From an uncultured Rhizobiaceae group bacterium (lineage in GTDB: Bacteria > Pseudomonadota > Alphaproteobacteria > Rhizobiales > Rhizobiaceae): 64,000 nucleotides of DNA. The notes beneath the pieces are model-generated. The model made no database searches. It was not told the DNA's origin and saw nothing but the letters and a program-made list of their open reading frames with translations. Both the position numbers and the translations under genes were made by a program. The stretch spans positions 12,310 through 76,309 of the forward strand of contig CANMVS010000020.1 in assembly GCA_947501445.1 (NCBI GenBank), written 5' to 3'. Below, piece after piece: positions 29,448 through 39,508 of this stretch (position 1 is the first letter of the stretch; every line of letters starts with the position of its first letter).

Positions 29448-31049
29448 ATGGTCATGAAATTTGCGTCTACACGCAGGAAATTCCTGTCTACAACAACCGC
29501 TGCCGGCGTCGTTGCAATAGGTGCGCCGTTCTATCTGCGCCCTGGCCGGGTCAAAGCGGCAGAGGGTCTTGCCGACGGCATGGTTGGCGGACCAACCGGC
29601 TTTGCTGGTGCTGAGCGTTATCAGTACGGGCCGGATAGTCCGGAAGGCCGCGCAATTGAGGCCGCGCGTTCACTGAAGGCTGCCGGAAAGGCACCTGAGC
29701 GAATTGTGCTTGGCCTTTCGGACGGTTCGATTGGTCAAATTACCCAGCCTTTTCCCGCCGGAGCACCGTCAATCAAGGATTTGTGGGAGCAGGAAACCGG
29801 CATCAAACTCGACATTGTTGGTGTGCCCAACGGGCAGGAATTTACCAAGGTGATGCAGGATATCAGCACCAACGGTGGGGCATTTGACATCTATGCGGTC
29901 GAGTGGAACCGTCTTGGAGATCTGGCCGAGACCGGAGGCATTGTCAATCTTGATGAGTATGTTGCGGCGCATCGGCCAGAGTGGGACGATGTGGACCGCG
30001 GCTATGTGGGGGGAGAAAAGGGTGTTTCGCTGCTGAACAATTACCGCGGCTCAACCTACGGCGTGTCGTTGGATGGTGATTTCCAGACATGGAACCACCG
30101 CACCGACCTGTTCTCTGATCCGAAAGAACAAAAGGCTTTTGCCGACAAACACGGGTATGCCCTGGCACCCCCAAAGACCTGGAAAGAACATGATGAAATA
30201 GCGGCCTTTTTCCATCGGCCCGATGAGGGGCTGTTCGGCAGCACCGATCTTCGCAACCAGGGTTGGGGCTATACCAATTGGTACCAGCGTTACGTGTCCA
30301 TGGCATCGCCAAACCAGTATCTGTTTGCTGATGATGGTACTGCGCTGATCAATTCCGAACAGGGCGTTGCGGCGACACAGGAATATGTCAATTCCCTGGC
30401 GCATCATTCGCCGGATGCCATTTCATGGAGCTGGCCGGAACAATATGGTAATTTTGCCAGTGGCGGTGCAGCCATGACCTGTGCCTTCTCCAACCTGCCG
30501 AAATTCCTCGACAATGCTGCCAATGAGGGGTCCAAAGTAACCGGGAAAGTCGGATCGCATCTTCCGCCTGGACGCGTCCATGGTGATGAAATGGTGCGAC
30601 GTTCTGTACTTTGGTTGAACCTGAGTGCCAGTGTTTCTGCGCAATCTGCTCACCCTGAAGCAGCTTATCTGTTGCTGCAATGGCTGGGTTCGTCGCGCAT
30701 CTATTCCTGGATGACCGCAAATCCGGGTGGGTATTTTGATCCATTCCAATTGGCCAATTTTGCTGATCCTCTGGTGCGTGAAACCTACCATGATTATCAC
30801 ATGGATGTGGTGCGAGAGACTGTTCGTCGCACTGTGCCAACCATCAATTACCCCGGCGCAACTGCATTTCACAACGCGCTGGATGAAAATCTGGTGGCGG
30901 CGTTGACCGGTTCCATGACGCCGGAGCAGGCGATGCAGAACACTGAACGCAGTTGGAAGCGCATTGCACGCCGTGTTGGCGAAGAAAAGCTGATTGAGGC
31001 CATCACGGCAAACAAAGCAGCCTGGTCCGATCATATGGATCCGGTCTGA
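29448..31049 (+). CDS. Carbohydrate ABC transporter substrate-binding protein (family 1, Tat signal)
   Basis: STRRKFL twin-arginine signal, WEQETGIK, APPKTWKE, RRTVP..NYPG; SD GGGAGG before ATG 29448. Confidence 0.88.
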   Translation: MVMKFASTRRKFLSTTTAAGVVAIGAPFYLRPGRVKAAEGLADGMVGGPTGFAGAERYQYGPDSPEGRAIEAARSLKAAGKAPERIVLGLSDGSIGQITQPFPAGAPSIKDLWEQETGIKLDIVGVPNGQEFTKVMQDISTNGGAFDIYAVEWNRLGDLAETGGIVNLDEYVAAHRPEWDDVDRGYVGGEKGVSLLNNYRGSTYGVSLDGDFQTWNHRTDLFSDPKEQKAFADKHGYALAPPKTWKEHDEIAAFFHRPDEGLFGSTDLRNQGWGYTNWYQRYVSMASPNQYLFADDGTALINSEQGVAATQEYVNSLAHHSPDAISWSWPEQYGNFASGGAAMTCAFSNLPKFLDNAANEGSKVTGKVGSHLPPGRVHGDEMVRRSVLWLNLSASVSAQSAHPEAAYLLLQWLGSSRIYSWMTANPGGYFDPFQLANFADPLVRETYHDYHMDVVRETVRRTVPTINYPGATAFHNALDENLVAALTGSMTPEQAMQNTERSWKRIARRVGEEKLIEAITANKAAWSDHMDPV

Positions 31050-31062
31050 TACGATTTCTGAA

Positions 31063-31104
31063 CTCCCGGGAAGCCCGGGGGGCCAGCGTGTCTGGCCCCC
31101 GGAG
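31063..31104 (+). other. GC-rich intercistronic hairpin(s) after the binding-protein gene
   Basis: CCGGGGG(G)CCAG-CGTGT-CTGGCCCCCGG; probable mRNA-stabilising element. Confidence 0.5.
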
Positions 31105-31121
31105 ATTGTTAACCTGCTGGT

Positions 31122-31988
31122 GTGCTTATGCGTCGAACCCTATCCTTCGAATTATTACGCTATGGAATGATCCTGCTGCTTTTGGCCATATCGCTGGTTC
31201 CGACGCTGTGGATGCTGTCGATGGCCTTCAAGCCAATCGCCGAATGGTCGGCTTCGGGTGCCGAATTGACCTGGTGGCCCAAAAGTCCAACGCTGGATAA
31301 TTTTCGTTTCATATTCGGGCAATCTTCATCCGAGCTTATCGTTTCTCTGGAGCGTACTGCTGCGCGTCCGATTATGGCTTCGCTGCTGGCTGCGTCCTTC
31401 GGAACCCTGATCGCCATGACAGCAGGCACGGCGGCGGCCTATGGTCTCTCGCGGTTTGGCAAGGGCTCAAACCTGCCGCTGGCTCTCATTCAACTTCGGC
31501 TTTTTCCACCCATGGCTGTCATGATACCGCTGATGATCATGTGGGCGTTTTTGGGGTTGATTGACAATTGGTTTGGACTGGCAGTCGTGTATGGAATTGT
31601 CACGCTGCCCTTTGCCTTCTGGCTGATGAAGACCTTCTTTGATGACATGCCACGGGAAATTGAGGATGCCGCTTTGGTGGAAGGCTGTAGTCGATTGCGG
31701 GTATTCACCAGGATCACTTTGCCGATGATGCGCCCCGCGCTGGCTTCTTCCGCGCTCTTTGTATTCATCCTGAATTGGTCCGATTACCTGATCGCTCTTT
31801 TGCTGACGACGCGGGATTGGGTGACAATTCCGGTTTATATGACGTCTTTATCGTCTTCCATGACAGGGCAGCTATACGGGGCAAAGGCAGCTCTGGGGCT
31901 GATTGCAGCTATACCGCCAGTGATATTGGGAATTGCCATTCAAAAGCATCTGGTGCGCGGCCTTACATTTGGAGCTCTGAAGGAATGA
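31122..31988 (+). CDS. Carbohydrate ABC transporter permease
   Basis: EAA loop [19 protein letters not shown]. Confidence 0.92.
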   Translation: MLMRRTLSFELLRYGMILLLLAISLVPTLWMLSMAFKPIAEWSASGAELTWWPKSPTLDNFRFIFGQSSSELIVSLERTAARPIMASLLAASFGTLIAMTAGTAAAYGLSRFGKGSNLPLALIQLRLFPPMAVMIPLMIMWAFLGLIDNWFGLAVVYGIVTLPFAFWLMKTFFDDMPREIEDAALVEGCSRLRVFTRITLPMMRPALASSALFVFILNWSDYLIALLLTTRDWVTIPVYMTSLSSSMTGQLYGAKAALGLIAAIPPVILGIAIQKHLVRGLTFGALKE

Positions 31989-32932
31989 GTGAGATGTCGA
32001 TGGAAAAGGCAGAACTTGCACTGCCAGCGACGAATGATGTCATTGACGAGGAAGTCCGCCTTGGATTCTGGCTGACGTTGCCAGCGCAATGCCTCGTGCT
32101 TTTCATTGCCGTGTTCCCCATCCTGATGCAGCTCTACATCTCGATGACGGACTGGTCGCCGCTGGATGGCATTCCCTGGTACAGGGCTTATGAATTGTGG
32201 ATTGGCCTGATCAACTACACCGATCTGGCATCCGACAGTCGTTTCTGGGCCGCGTTGTGGCGGACATTTGTCGTGATGATCGTATGTGTGCCCATTCAGT
32301 TCCTTCTGGGGTTGGGACTGGCGGTCCTTTTTGTTGACGAATTCCCTGGCAAGCGCTGGTTTTACTCCACGTTGCTGGTGCCCATGATGGTGGTTCCGGC
32401 GGTCGCGGGATACATGTTTTTTCTGCTCTTTCAGTCTGGTGGACCGGTCAATGACCTATTGTCTGTCTTCTCGTCTTCTCCAGTGAGAATAGCCTGGTTG
32501 TCAGACGCCAGCCTGGCCCTGGTGGCTGTCATGGCAGCTGACATCTGGCAATGGACACCATTGATGTTTCTGATCCTGTTGGCAGGCATGATCTCGGTTC
32601 CGCAGGATCAACAGATGGCAGCTGTGCTGCTTGGTGCATCCTGGTGGCGTCGCTTTGTAACCATCGTGCTGCCGCGCATGAAGACCATCATTATCATCGC
32701 GCTGGCGATCCGTACGATCGAAATCTTCAAAATATTCGATACGCTCTACATCATGACGGGTGGTGGACCGGGCGTGGCCACAGAAACCATCAGCGTCTAT
32801 ATTTACAAAGTCACCCAGCAGGACCTGATCTGGGGTTATGTGGCGGCGATAGCGCTGGTCATACTGATCGTATTATCGGTCGTCTCTGCCTATGCGATCA
32901 GCACAATGTCAAAAGGGGCGAAAGTCAGATGA
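31985..32932 (+). CDS. Carbohydrate ABC transporter permease
   Basis: [35 protein letters not shown]; start refined to ATG 31985. Confidence 0.92.
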   Translation: MSEMSMEKAELALPATNDVIDEEVRLGFWLTLPAQCLVLFIAVFPILMQLYISMTDWSPLDGIPWYRAYELWIGLINYTDLASDSRFWAALWRTFVVMIVCVPIQFLLGLGLAVLFVDEFPGKRWFYSTLLVPMMVVPAVAGYMFFLLFQSGGPVNDLLSVFSSSPVRIAWLSDASLALVAVMAADIWQWTPLMFLILLAGMISVPQDQQMAAVLLGASWWRRFVTIVLPRMKTIIIIALAIRTIEIFKIFDTLYIMTGGGPGVATETISVYIYKVTQQDLIWGYVAAIALVILIVLSVVSAYAISTMSKGAKVR

Positions 32933-34023
32933 CGCAAATTGCCCTTTCCAATCTTGGTAAGAAATTCGGCGCGTTCACGGCGCTGGCACAGATGAACCTG
33001 ACCATCGGTGATGGTGAGTTCGTGGCCCTTTTGGGTCCATCGGGTTGCGGAAAATCCACCACAATGAACATGATCGCCGGTATGGTGGCCCCCACTGAGG
33101 GTGATATTCGTTTTGATGACCGCAGCATCCTGAATGTGCCGATGAGCCGCCGCGGTGTTGGCTTTGTTTTCCAGAACTATGCCATTTTCACCCATATGTC
33201 GGTTCGCGATAACCTCTCTTACGGGCTGCGGGCACAGGGGGTCAGTACACCCGAACGCAATCGGCGGGTCAGCGCAATGGCTGATCTGCTGCAATTGACA
33301 CCGATGCTGGATCGCCAGGCTGCTGGCCTGTCTGTTAATATCCTGCAGCGGCTTGCCATTGGTCGCTCTGCTGTTGTCGAGCCTGCCATTTTTCTGCTTG
33401 ATGAGCCCTTGTCCAATGTTGATGCCGCTTTCCGGTCCGTCATGCGCAGTGAGCTCAAAGAACTGCAAAGGCAGTTTTCACAAACCATGGTTTATGTCAC
33501 CCATGACCAGCTCGAGGCCATGACCATGGCAGACCGCATTGCGGTGATGGATCATGGCAAACTGCTGCAGGTTGGCACGCCACTGGAGATTTATAACAAC
33601 CCGCAAGATATTTTTGTTGCAAGGTTCATCGGTTCTCCGGGAATGAATATTCTGGAGGGAAGAATTGCACAATCGGATAAGGGTAAGCTGGTCGATCTTG
33701 CTGTGATCGGGCGTTCCGCGCCGCTGATCCTTTCGGGGCGAGCGGCCATTGAGGATTTGCCGGAAAAAATCCTTTTCGGTTTTCGTCCCGAACAGGTCAA
33801 TCCTGACCCGAATGGAACCTTGGCCCTGCCGGTTAATTTTGTTGAGCGTATTGGTGCGCGCTCGATCCTGCACCTTGGGGCGGATAGCATGGGGGTCAAA
33901 GCGGTGCTGGACAATCAGATCACGCTGCCGAATATTGGCGATATATTGCGTTTCTCAATCGACCCCAAGAAGGTCCGGTTGTTTGATCCGGTGTCCGGAA
34001 ACGCCGTCGGGGGAGCGGATTGA
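32929..34023 (+). CDS. Carbohydrate ABC transporter ATP-binding protein
   Basis: GPSGCGKS, variant signature LSVNILQR, LLDEPLS, YVTHDQ; start refined to ATG 32929. Confidence 0.92.
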   Translation: MTQIALSNLGKKFGAFTALAQMNLTIGDGEFVALLGPSGCGKSTTMNMIAGMVAPTEGDIRFDDRSILNVPMSRRGVGFVFQNYAIFTHMSVRDNLSYGLRAQGVSTPERNRRVSAMADLLQLTPMLDRQAAGLSVNILQRLAIGRSAVVEPAIFLLDEPLSNVDAAFRSVMRSELKELQRQFSQTMVYVTHDQLEAMTMADRIAVMDHGKLLQVGTPLEIYNNPQDIFVARFIGSPGMNILEGRIAQSDKGKLVDLAVIGRSAPLILSGRAAIEDLPEKILFGFRPEQVNPDPNGTLALPVNFVERIGARSILHLGADSMGVKAVLDNQITLPNIGDILRFSIDPKKVRLFDPVSGNAVGGAD

Positions 34024-35042
34024 TGGCATCGATACGCCTTGAAAACATCTGCAAACGCTATGGTGATGTGGTGGCTTTGGACAATGTAAGCCTCGACGTT
34101 GAGGATAACGGATTCTTCTGCCTGTTTGGACCGCCGCTAAGCGGCAAGACAACAATCCTGAAGATCATACTTGGTCTGGAAACACCCGACAGCGGCTCTG
34201 TCTTCATCAACGACCGTCCAATGAAGGGTGTAACTCCGGCGCAGCGTAACGTGGCCATGGTCTTTCAAAATCTGGCATTGTTCCCGCACATGTCTGCATT
34301 GAACAATGTGCGTTTCCCGTTGGTCGAGCGCGGTGTATCGGAAGACCTGATTGTCAAACGTGTCGATACGGTGACCAGAAAACTGCATATGCAGCATATC
34401 CTTCACAAACCGCCATCACAACTTTCCGGTGGTGAGCGCCAACGTGTTGCCATTGCCCGCGCACTGGTGCGCGATCCCGTGGCATATCTGATGGATGATC
34501 CCATTTCAGCGCTTGATGCCCGTTTGCGCGAAGAAACCCGGGTGGAACTGCGGCGCATTCAGCGCGAGATGAACCAGACCGTCATTTACGTGACCCATGA
34601 TCAGGAAGAGGCCATGTCAGTGTCTGATCAGATGGCCATTTTTGAAGCTGGCAGAGTTCGCCAGATCGGCGCGCCACATGACCTTTATGATGCACCGGCC
34701 AACACTTATGTGGCCGAAATGCTGGGAGCACCGGCTATCAATCTCGTCGCGACACACGGGACACAATTGCAGACAGGCGGGTTTGTCCCGCAGCAGGCGG
34801 TGCGACTGGGGGTGCGGCCGGAACATCTGAGGGTTTTGAAAGATGGTGGGCAGACACGGGTCAAGGCGATCGAACCCATGGGTGCAACTACGATCCTGAC
34901 ACTGCAGGCTGATGAAACGGTGCTGAAAGCCGCTCTGCACGGGCAACCGGAATTTCAGGTCGGTGAGGCAGTCAGCCTGTCAGTCGATCCGGCACAGATA
35001 CTTTATTTTGACGGGAACGGCGACACATTGGTTGCTGCCTAG
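34023..35042 (+). CDS. Carbohydrate ABC transporter ATP-binding protein (second)
   Basis: GPPLSGKT, LSGGERQR, LMDDPIS, YVTHDQ. Confidence 0.92.
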   Translation: MASIRLENICKRYGDVVALDNVSLDVEDNGFFCLFGPPLSGKTTILKIILGLETPDSGSVFINDRPMKGVTPAQRNVAMVFQNLALFPHMSALNNVRFPLVERGVSEDLIVKRVDTVTRKLHMQHILHKPPSQLSGGERQRVAIARALVRDPVAYLMDDPISALDARLREETRVELRRIQREMNQTVIYVTHDQEEAMSVSDQMAIFEAGRVRQIGAPHDLYDAPANTYVAEMLGAPAINLVATHGTQLQTGGFVPQQAVRLGVRPEHLRVLKDGGQTRVKAIEPMGATTILTLQADETVLKAALHGQPEFQVGEAVSLSVDPAQILYFDGNGDTLVAA

Positions 35043-35055
35043 TGGGGAGGGATAC

Positions 35056-36156
35056 ATGACAAAGTTCAAACCGGATCCGGATATTCGCAATCGGGAATCG
35101 CGTATTGGTTGCATAGGCGCCGGAATGATCATGGCGGAATGTCACCTTGCAGCCTACGCACAGGCAGGTTTTCCTGTCACGGCAATCGCCTCGCGTACCC
35201 CGCAGAACGCCGCCGCTGTTGCCGGCCGGTACAAAATTCCAACGGTGCACAACACACCGGAAGAACTGATTGCCGACCCTTCAGTCGACATTCTTGATAT
35301 TGCCTATCCACCAGATCAGCAACCCGCTCTCATCCGTGCCGCCCTGCAACAATCACATATCAAGGCAATTCTGGTGCAAAAGCCCTTGGCCCTTACGCTG
35401 GGCGAAGCGATTGCCCTGCGTGACGAAGCAAAAGCTGCAGGGAAGATCGTCAGCGTTAATCAGAATATGCGCTATGATCAGTCCATGCAGGTTTTGAAGC
35501 AAATTCTTGTCCGCGGTGATATCGGACAGGCCGTTTTTGCGCAAATTGACATGCATGCCATTCCCCATTGGCAGGCGTTTCTTGAAGATTATGACCGGCT
35601 GACTCTGGCAAATATGAGCGTGCATCATCTTGATGTGTTGCGGTTTTTGTTTGGCGATCCGGATGAGATCACGACGCAGGCGCGCAAGGATCCACGCACA
35701 GGCTTTGATCATCACGATGGCATTACTGTTTCGACCCTGCGATTTCCTTCTGGCGTGCTCGCCCTAACCGTGGAGGATGTGTGGTCCGGGCCACGAGAGG
35801 ATCACTACGAGGATGATCAGCATATCACCTTCCGGGTCGAAGGAACACAAGGCGTCGTCAAGGGCTCTATTGGCTGGCCCACCGGCTCCGCATCGACACT
35901 GAGCTACGCGTCCACCACAACAACCGGCGGAAAATGGGTGACACCATCGTGGAACAGCATGTGGTTTCCGCAAGCGTTCATCGGCGTCATGGAGCAACTG
36001 CAATATGCCGTGACCACAAAAAGCGAACCGGCACTGACTATCGCGGACAATGTGAAAACCGTAGCGCTGATCGAGGCTGGCTATCGTTCCATGGCCGAGG
36101 GTCGCACCGTGCGTCTATCAGAAATCAACACAAAACAGACACCAAACGGAGGATGA
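35056..36156 (+). CDS. Gfo/Idh/MocA-family NAD-dependent oxidoreductase
   Basis: IGCIGAGMI, ILVQKPLA, VNQNMRY, MSVHHLD; SD GGGAGG. Confidence 0.9.
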   Translation: MTKFKPDPDIRNRESRIGCIGAGMIMAECHLAAYAQAGFPVTAIASRTPQNAAAVAGRYKIPTVHNTPEELIADPSVDILDIAYPPDQQPALIRAALQQSHIKAILVQKPLALTLGEAIALRDEAKAAGKIVSVNQNMRYDQSMQVLKQILVRGDIGQAVFAQIDMHAIPHWQAFLEDYDRLTLANMSVHHLDVLRFLFGDPDEITTQARKDPRTGFDHHDGITVSTLRFPSGVLALTVEDVWSGPREDHYEDDQHITFRVEGTQGVVKGSIGWPTGSASTLSYASTTTTGGKWVTPSWNSMWFPQAFIGVMEQLQYAVTTKSEPALTIADNVKTVALIEAGYRSMAEGRTVRLSEINTKQTPNGG

Positions 36157-36160
36157 AGTC

Positions 36161-37075
36161 ATGATGCAAGCGGGAATTTTTACAGGCTATTTTCCCTACG
36201 GACTTGAGGAAACAGCCAAAAAGATCAGGAGCCATGGCTTCAACACAGTCCAGTTGGACCTGCATTTCAAGGATGTCGATTTGGGTCACGGCAAACTGAA
36301 CGCTGCAAATTGCAAGCAGGTGCGTGACACTTTCCGCTCCCATGACCTGCCGATATGTGCCGTATCGGCCTATACCAACATCATTCATCCCGACCTTGCC
36401 CAGCGCAAGGCCAATGTCGATAGGCTGAAGGAAATAATACGAAATGCCCGGGCATTGGGTTCGCGTTACGTGATTTCTGAAACCGGCACCTACAATGAGG
36501 AAAGCGAATGGATGTCGCATCCCAAGAACAAGTCGGAAGAGGGATTTGAGGCTTGTCGCGAAATTATCGCTGAGCTGGCGCAGGAAGCCTATGATCATGG
36601 TTCGATGTTTCTGCTGGAAACCTACGTCAACAATGTTGTGGGGTCGGTTGAGGAAACGGTGAAAATGTTTGCCCAGGTTGATCACCCCGGACTGGGTTTG
36701 CTGATGGATCCAACCAACTATTTTGAAGACCATAACATCGACCAGATGGATCAGGTGCTCAATCAGGTTTTTGACACGTTGTCCGACAAGATCAAGATTG
36801 CTCACGCCAAGGATGTTGCACGGGCCGATGATGACAAATCGGAAAAACACGCTGATATCGGTGATGATGACGCCCTGGCCTCCCACACGTTTCGCGGGGT
36901 GGGTGAAATTGTATTGAATGCGCCGGGCACCGGGGTGCTGAATTATGATCTGTATCTGCAGCGCCTGGCTGAAAAACATCCGAATATAGAGATGGTCATT
37001 GAACATCTTGATGAGGCCGACGTGCCACGATCAAAGGCGTTTATCGACGGTAAATTTGTCGCCAACGGTGTTTGA
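36161..37075 (+). CDS. Sugar phosphate isomerase/epimerase (xylose-isomerase-like TIM barrel)
   Basis: LLETY, LMDPTN, IAHAKD, GTGVLNY, VIEH metal-binding pattern. Confidence 0.88.
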   Translation: MMQAGIFTGYFPYGLEETAKKIRSHGFNTVQLDLHFKDVDLGHGKLNAANCKQVRDTFRSHDLPICAVSAYTNIIHPDLAQRKANVDRLKEIIRNARALGSRYVISETGTYNEESEWMSHPKNKSEEGFEACREIIAELAQEAYDHGSMFLLETYVNNVVGSVEETVKMFAQVDHPGLGLLMDPTNYFEDHNIDQMDQVLNQVFDTLSDKIKIAHAKDVARADDDKSEKHADIGDDDALASHTFRGVGEIVLNAPGTGVLNYDLYLQRLAEKHPNIEMVIEHLDEADVPRSKAFIDGKFVANGV

Positions 37076-37078
37076 TCA

Positions 37079-37109
37079 ACGTGGTGGCGGAATAATTCCG
37101 CCACCACGT
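37079..37109. other. Perfect 15-bp inverted repeat, intercistronic
   Basis: ACGTGGTGGCGGAAT-A-ATTCCGCCACCACGT. Confidence 0.85.
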
Positions 37110-37150
37110 CACGCCAATCCCGATCCCGCACAGCATAACGAGGCCCTAAG

Positions 37151-38362
37151 ATGGTAGACATTTATGGCACAACGCATTCCCGTCGCGACATTGCGGCCAG
37201 ATCGGGTGCCTTGAGTCAGTTTGCCGGCGTGCGTTTGATGACATTGGGTGATGGTGTCGAGCGCAATGTACGGATGTTGGAGTTTCGTACGGGTAGCGGA
37301 ATGCGCTTTACTGTACTGGTGGACCGGGCGATGGATATCGCCGAATTGGAATACAATGGCAAAGCCATTGGATGGCACTCTCCAGCGGGTTTTCGCAATC
37401 CGGCTTTGCATGAGGTCGAGGGTGAGGGCGGCATTGCCTGGGCACGCAGTTTTTCCGGATTTTTGGTGACCTGCGGACTGGATCATACGCTGGCTCCCGA
37501 AGAGGTGCCTGCTGACAATTACAATTACCCGGGCCGAGCAACTGTACGCCATGTTTTACACGGGCGTGTCGGTTCAATACCAGCCCGATTATCCGGGTAT
37601 GGAGAGCAATGGAAAGGTGATCAATGCGTTCTTTGGGCAGAAGGCATCGTGAAGCAATCCACTGTATTCGGCGAGGATTTGCACCTGCTGCGACGCATTG
37701 AGGCTGACGTGGGCGGGCGTGAAATCCGTCTTTACGACCGGGTCGTCAATCATGGTTTTCTACGCACGCCGCATATGTTCTTCTATCATATCAATCTGGG
37801 TTATCCATTGCTTGATGAAGGTGCGCGCTATCTGGCCCCCATCAGTGATGTCGTTTGGGCGTCCCATGCGGGTGATGCCTATCGCTCGCAGGGTGTTGGC
37901 TATGCCAGGGCCGGGGCACCTGCAGATGGTTTTTGCGAACAGGTCTGGCAGCATGAGATGCGTGCAAATGCACAAGGCGAGGTTCCGGTCGCGCTTATCA
38001 ATGACCGATTAAATCTCGGCCTGGAAGTTGTGACAAACAAGAACCAATTGCCCTGTGCCTTTCAATGGCAGAATTTTCAGGCAGGCAATTATGCGATGGG
38101 CATCGAGCCATCCAGCCATCACGTCCTTGGCAATCTCGCAGCGCGTGAGCGTGGTGAGATGATCTGGCTTGGGCATGATGAGGCGCGTACCTATGACGCA
38201 CGTTTCACTGTGCTCGATGGTGCCGCAGAAACGGCCGACTGTGAAAGGCGCATAAAGGCGATCGCTTCGCAGCCGAAGGATGATTTTCCCATACCGTCGG
38301 GACAATTCCCGTCCCTGGCATCCGAACGCAACGCCTCCGGGCTGCGTGCAGACACACGATAG
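37151..38362 (+). CDS. Aldose 1-epimerase superfamily protein (DUF4432 type)
   Basis: FTVLVDRAMDI, FLVTCGLDH, LHGRVG, FYHINLGYPLLD, WQ..YAMGIEPS. Confidence 0.85.
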   Translation: MVDIYGTTHSRRDIAARSGALSQFAGVRLMTLGDGVERNVRMLEFRTGSGMRFTVLVDRAMDIAELEYNGKAIGWHSPAGFRNPALHEVEGEGGIAWARSFSGFLVTCGLDHTLAPEEVPADNYNYPGRATVRHVLHGRVGSIPARLSGYGEQWKGDQCVLWAEGIVKQSTVFGEDLHLLRRIEADVGGREIRLYDRVVNHGFLRTPHMFFYHINLGYPLLDEGARYLAPISDVVWASHAGDAYRSQGVGYARAGAPADGFCEQVWQHEMRANAQGEVPVALINDRLNLGLEVVTNKNQLPCAFQWQNFQAGNYAMGIEPSSHHVLGNLAARERGEMIWLGHDEARTYDARFTVLDGAAETADCERRIKAIASQPKDDFPIPSGQFPSLASERNASGLRADTR

Positions 38363-38380
38363 CAACGAGGAGACTTTGAG

Positions 38381-39484
38381 TTGACGATATCTGATATCCA
38401 AACACGCGACTACAGTCTGACCGGCGACAACACCCGGCGTGCTGTTGAAACCGGGTTGGCCAGTGCGCAATGGTATCATACAGACGTGCCGCGCAAGGTG
38501 ATGAAAGAACTGATGCAACGGCGCGACGGACCGGCAGTCCGCGACACGATAATCTGGCTGGGTTTGCTTGCAGCCAGCGGCGCCGGCGGTGCCTATTTCT
38601 GGGGCACCTGGATTTGTGTGCCGTTCTTCTTTGTCTATGGCGTTCTTTACGGTTCAGTTTGTGACAGCCGGTGGCATGAATGCGGGCATGGCACGGCATT
38701 CAGAACACGCTGGATGAATGATGTGGTCTATCAACTCGCCAGTTTCATGGTGTTTCGCAACCCGGTTTCTTGGCGCTGGAGCCATGCGCGCCATCATACT
38801 GATACGGTCATTGTGGGCCGCGATCCGGAAATAGCCTTTATGCGTCCACCAAATCTGGTTGAAGGCCTATTGCACTATGTCGGACTTCTGGACGTTATGG
38901 CCTCCTTCGGAGCCATGGTGCGCAATGCGTGTGGAACGCTGACATCATCTGAAAAAAGCTACATTCCTGAATCCGAATGGTCCAAGGCAATTACGGCTGC
39001 GCGGATCCACATGGCCATCTATCTGGCAGCGGCCATAGCTTCGTTGTTGATGTGGTCCATCCTGCCGATGATGCTGGTTGGGCTGCCACGGTTTTATGGT
39101 TGCTGGCACATGTTCATGACCGGGCTTTTGCAGCACGGTGGTCTTGCAGAGGATGTTGTCGATCATCGTTTGAATTCGCGTACCGTTTACATGAATCCGA
39201 TCAGTCGGTGGATCTATTGGAACATGAATTACCATGTAGAGCACCATATGTTTCCGATGGTTCCATATCACGCTTTGCCCCGGTTGCATGCATTGATCAA
39301 GGACGATTTACCGGAGCCCAATCCATCCATCTGGCATGCCTATGTCGAGATGGTGCGCGTGCTTTTGCGCCAACGAAGCGACCCCGAGTATTATCTGCGC
39401 AGAACACTGCCTGAGACCGCCCGACCGTACCGCGAAGAATTTCATGTCGACGACGCCGTGCCCGCTGCAAGCAGTATCGCGTGA
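38381..39484 (+). CDS. mocD: MocD-like membrane di-iron hydrocarbon oxygenase (fatty acid desaturase family)
   Basis: Three His boxes HECGH, HARHH, HVEHH; clustered with MocE/MocF-like genes. Confidence 0.8.
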   Translation: MTISDIQTRDYSLTGDNTRRAVETGLASAQWYHTDVPRKVMKELMQRRDGPAVRDTIIWLGLLAASGAGGAYFWGTWICVPFFFVYGVLYGSVCDSRWHECGHGTAFRTRWMNDVVYQLASFMVFRNPVSWRWSHARHHTDTVIVGRDPEIAFMRPPNLVEGLLHYVGLLDVMASFGAMVRNACGTLTSSEKSYIPESEWSKAITAARIHMAIYLAAAIASLLMWSILPMMLVGLPRFYGCWHMFMTGLLQHGGLAEDVVDHRLNSRTVYMNPISRWIYWNMNYHVEHHMFPMVPYHALPRLHALIKDDLPEPNPSIWHAYVEMVRVLLRQRSDPEYYLRRTLPETARPYREEFHVDDAVPAASSIA

Positions 39485-39508
39485 TGGTTGTCTTGAGGGA
39501 GTATATCG

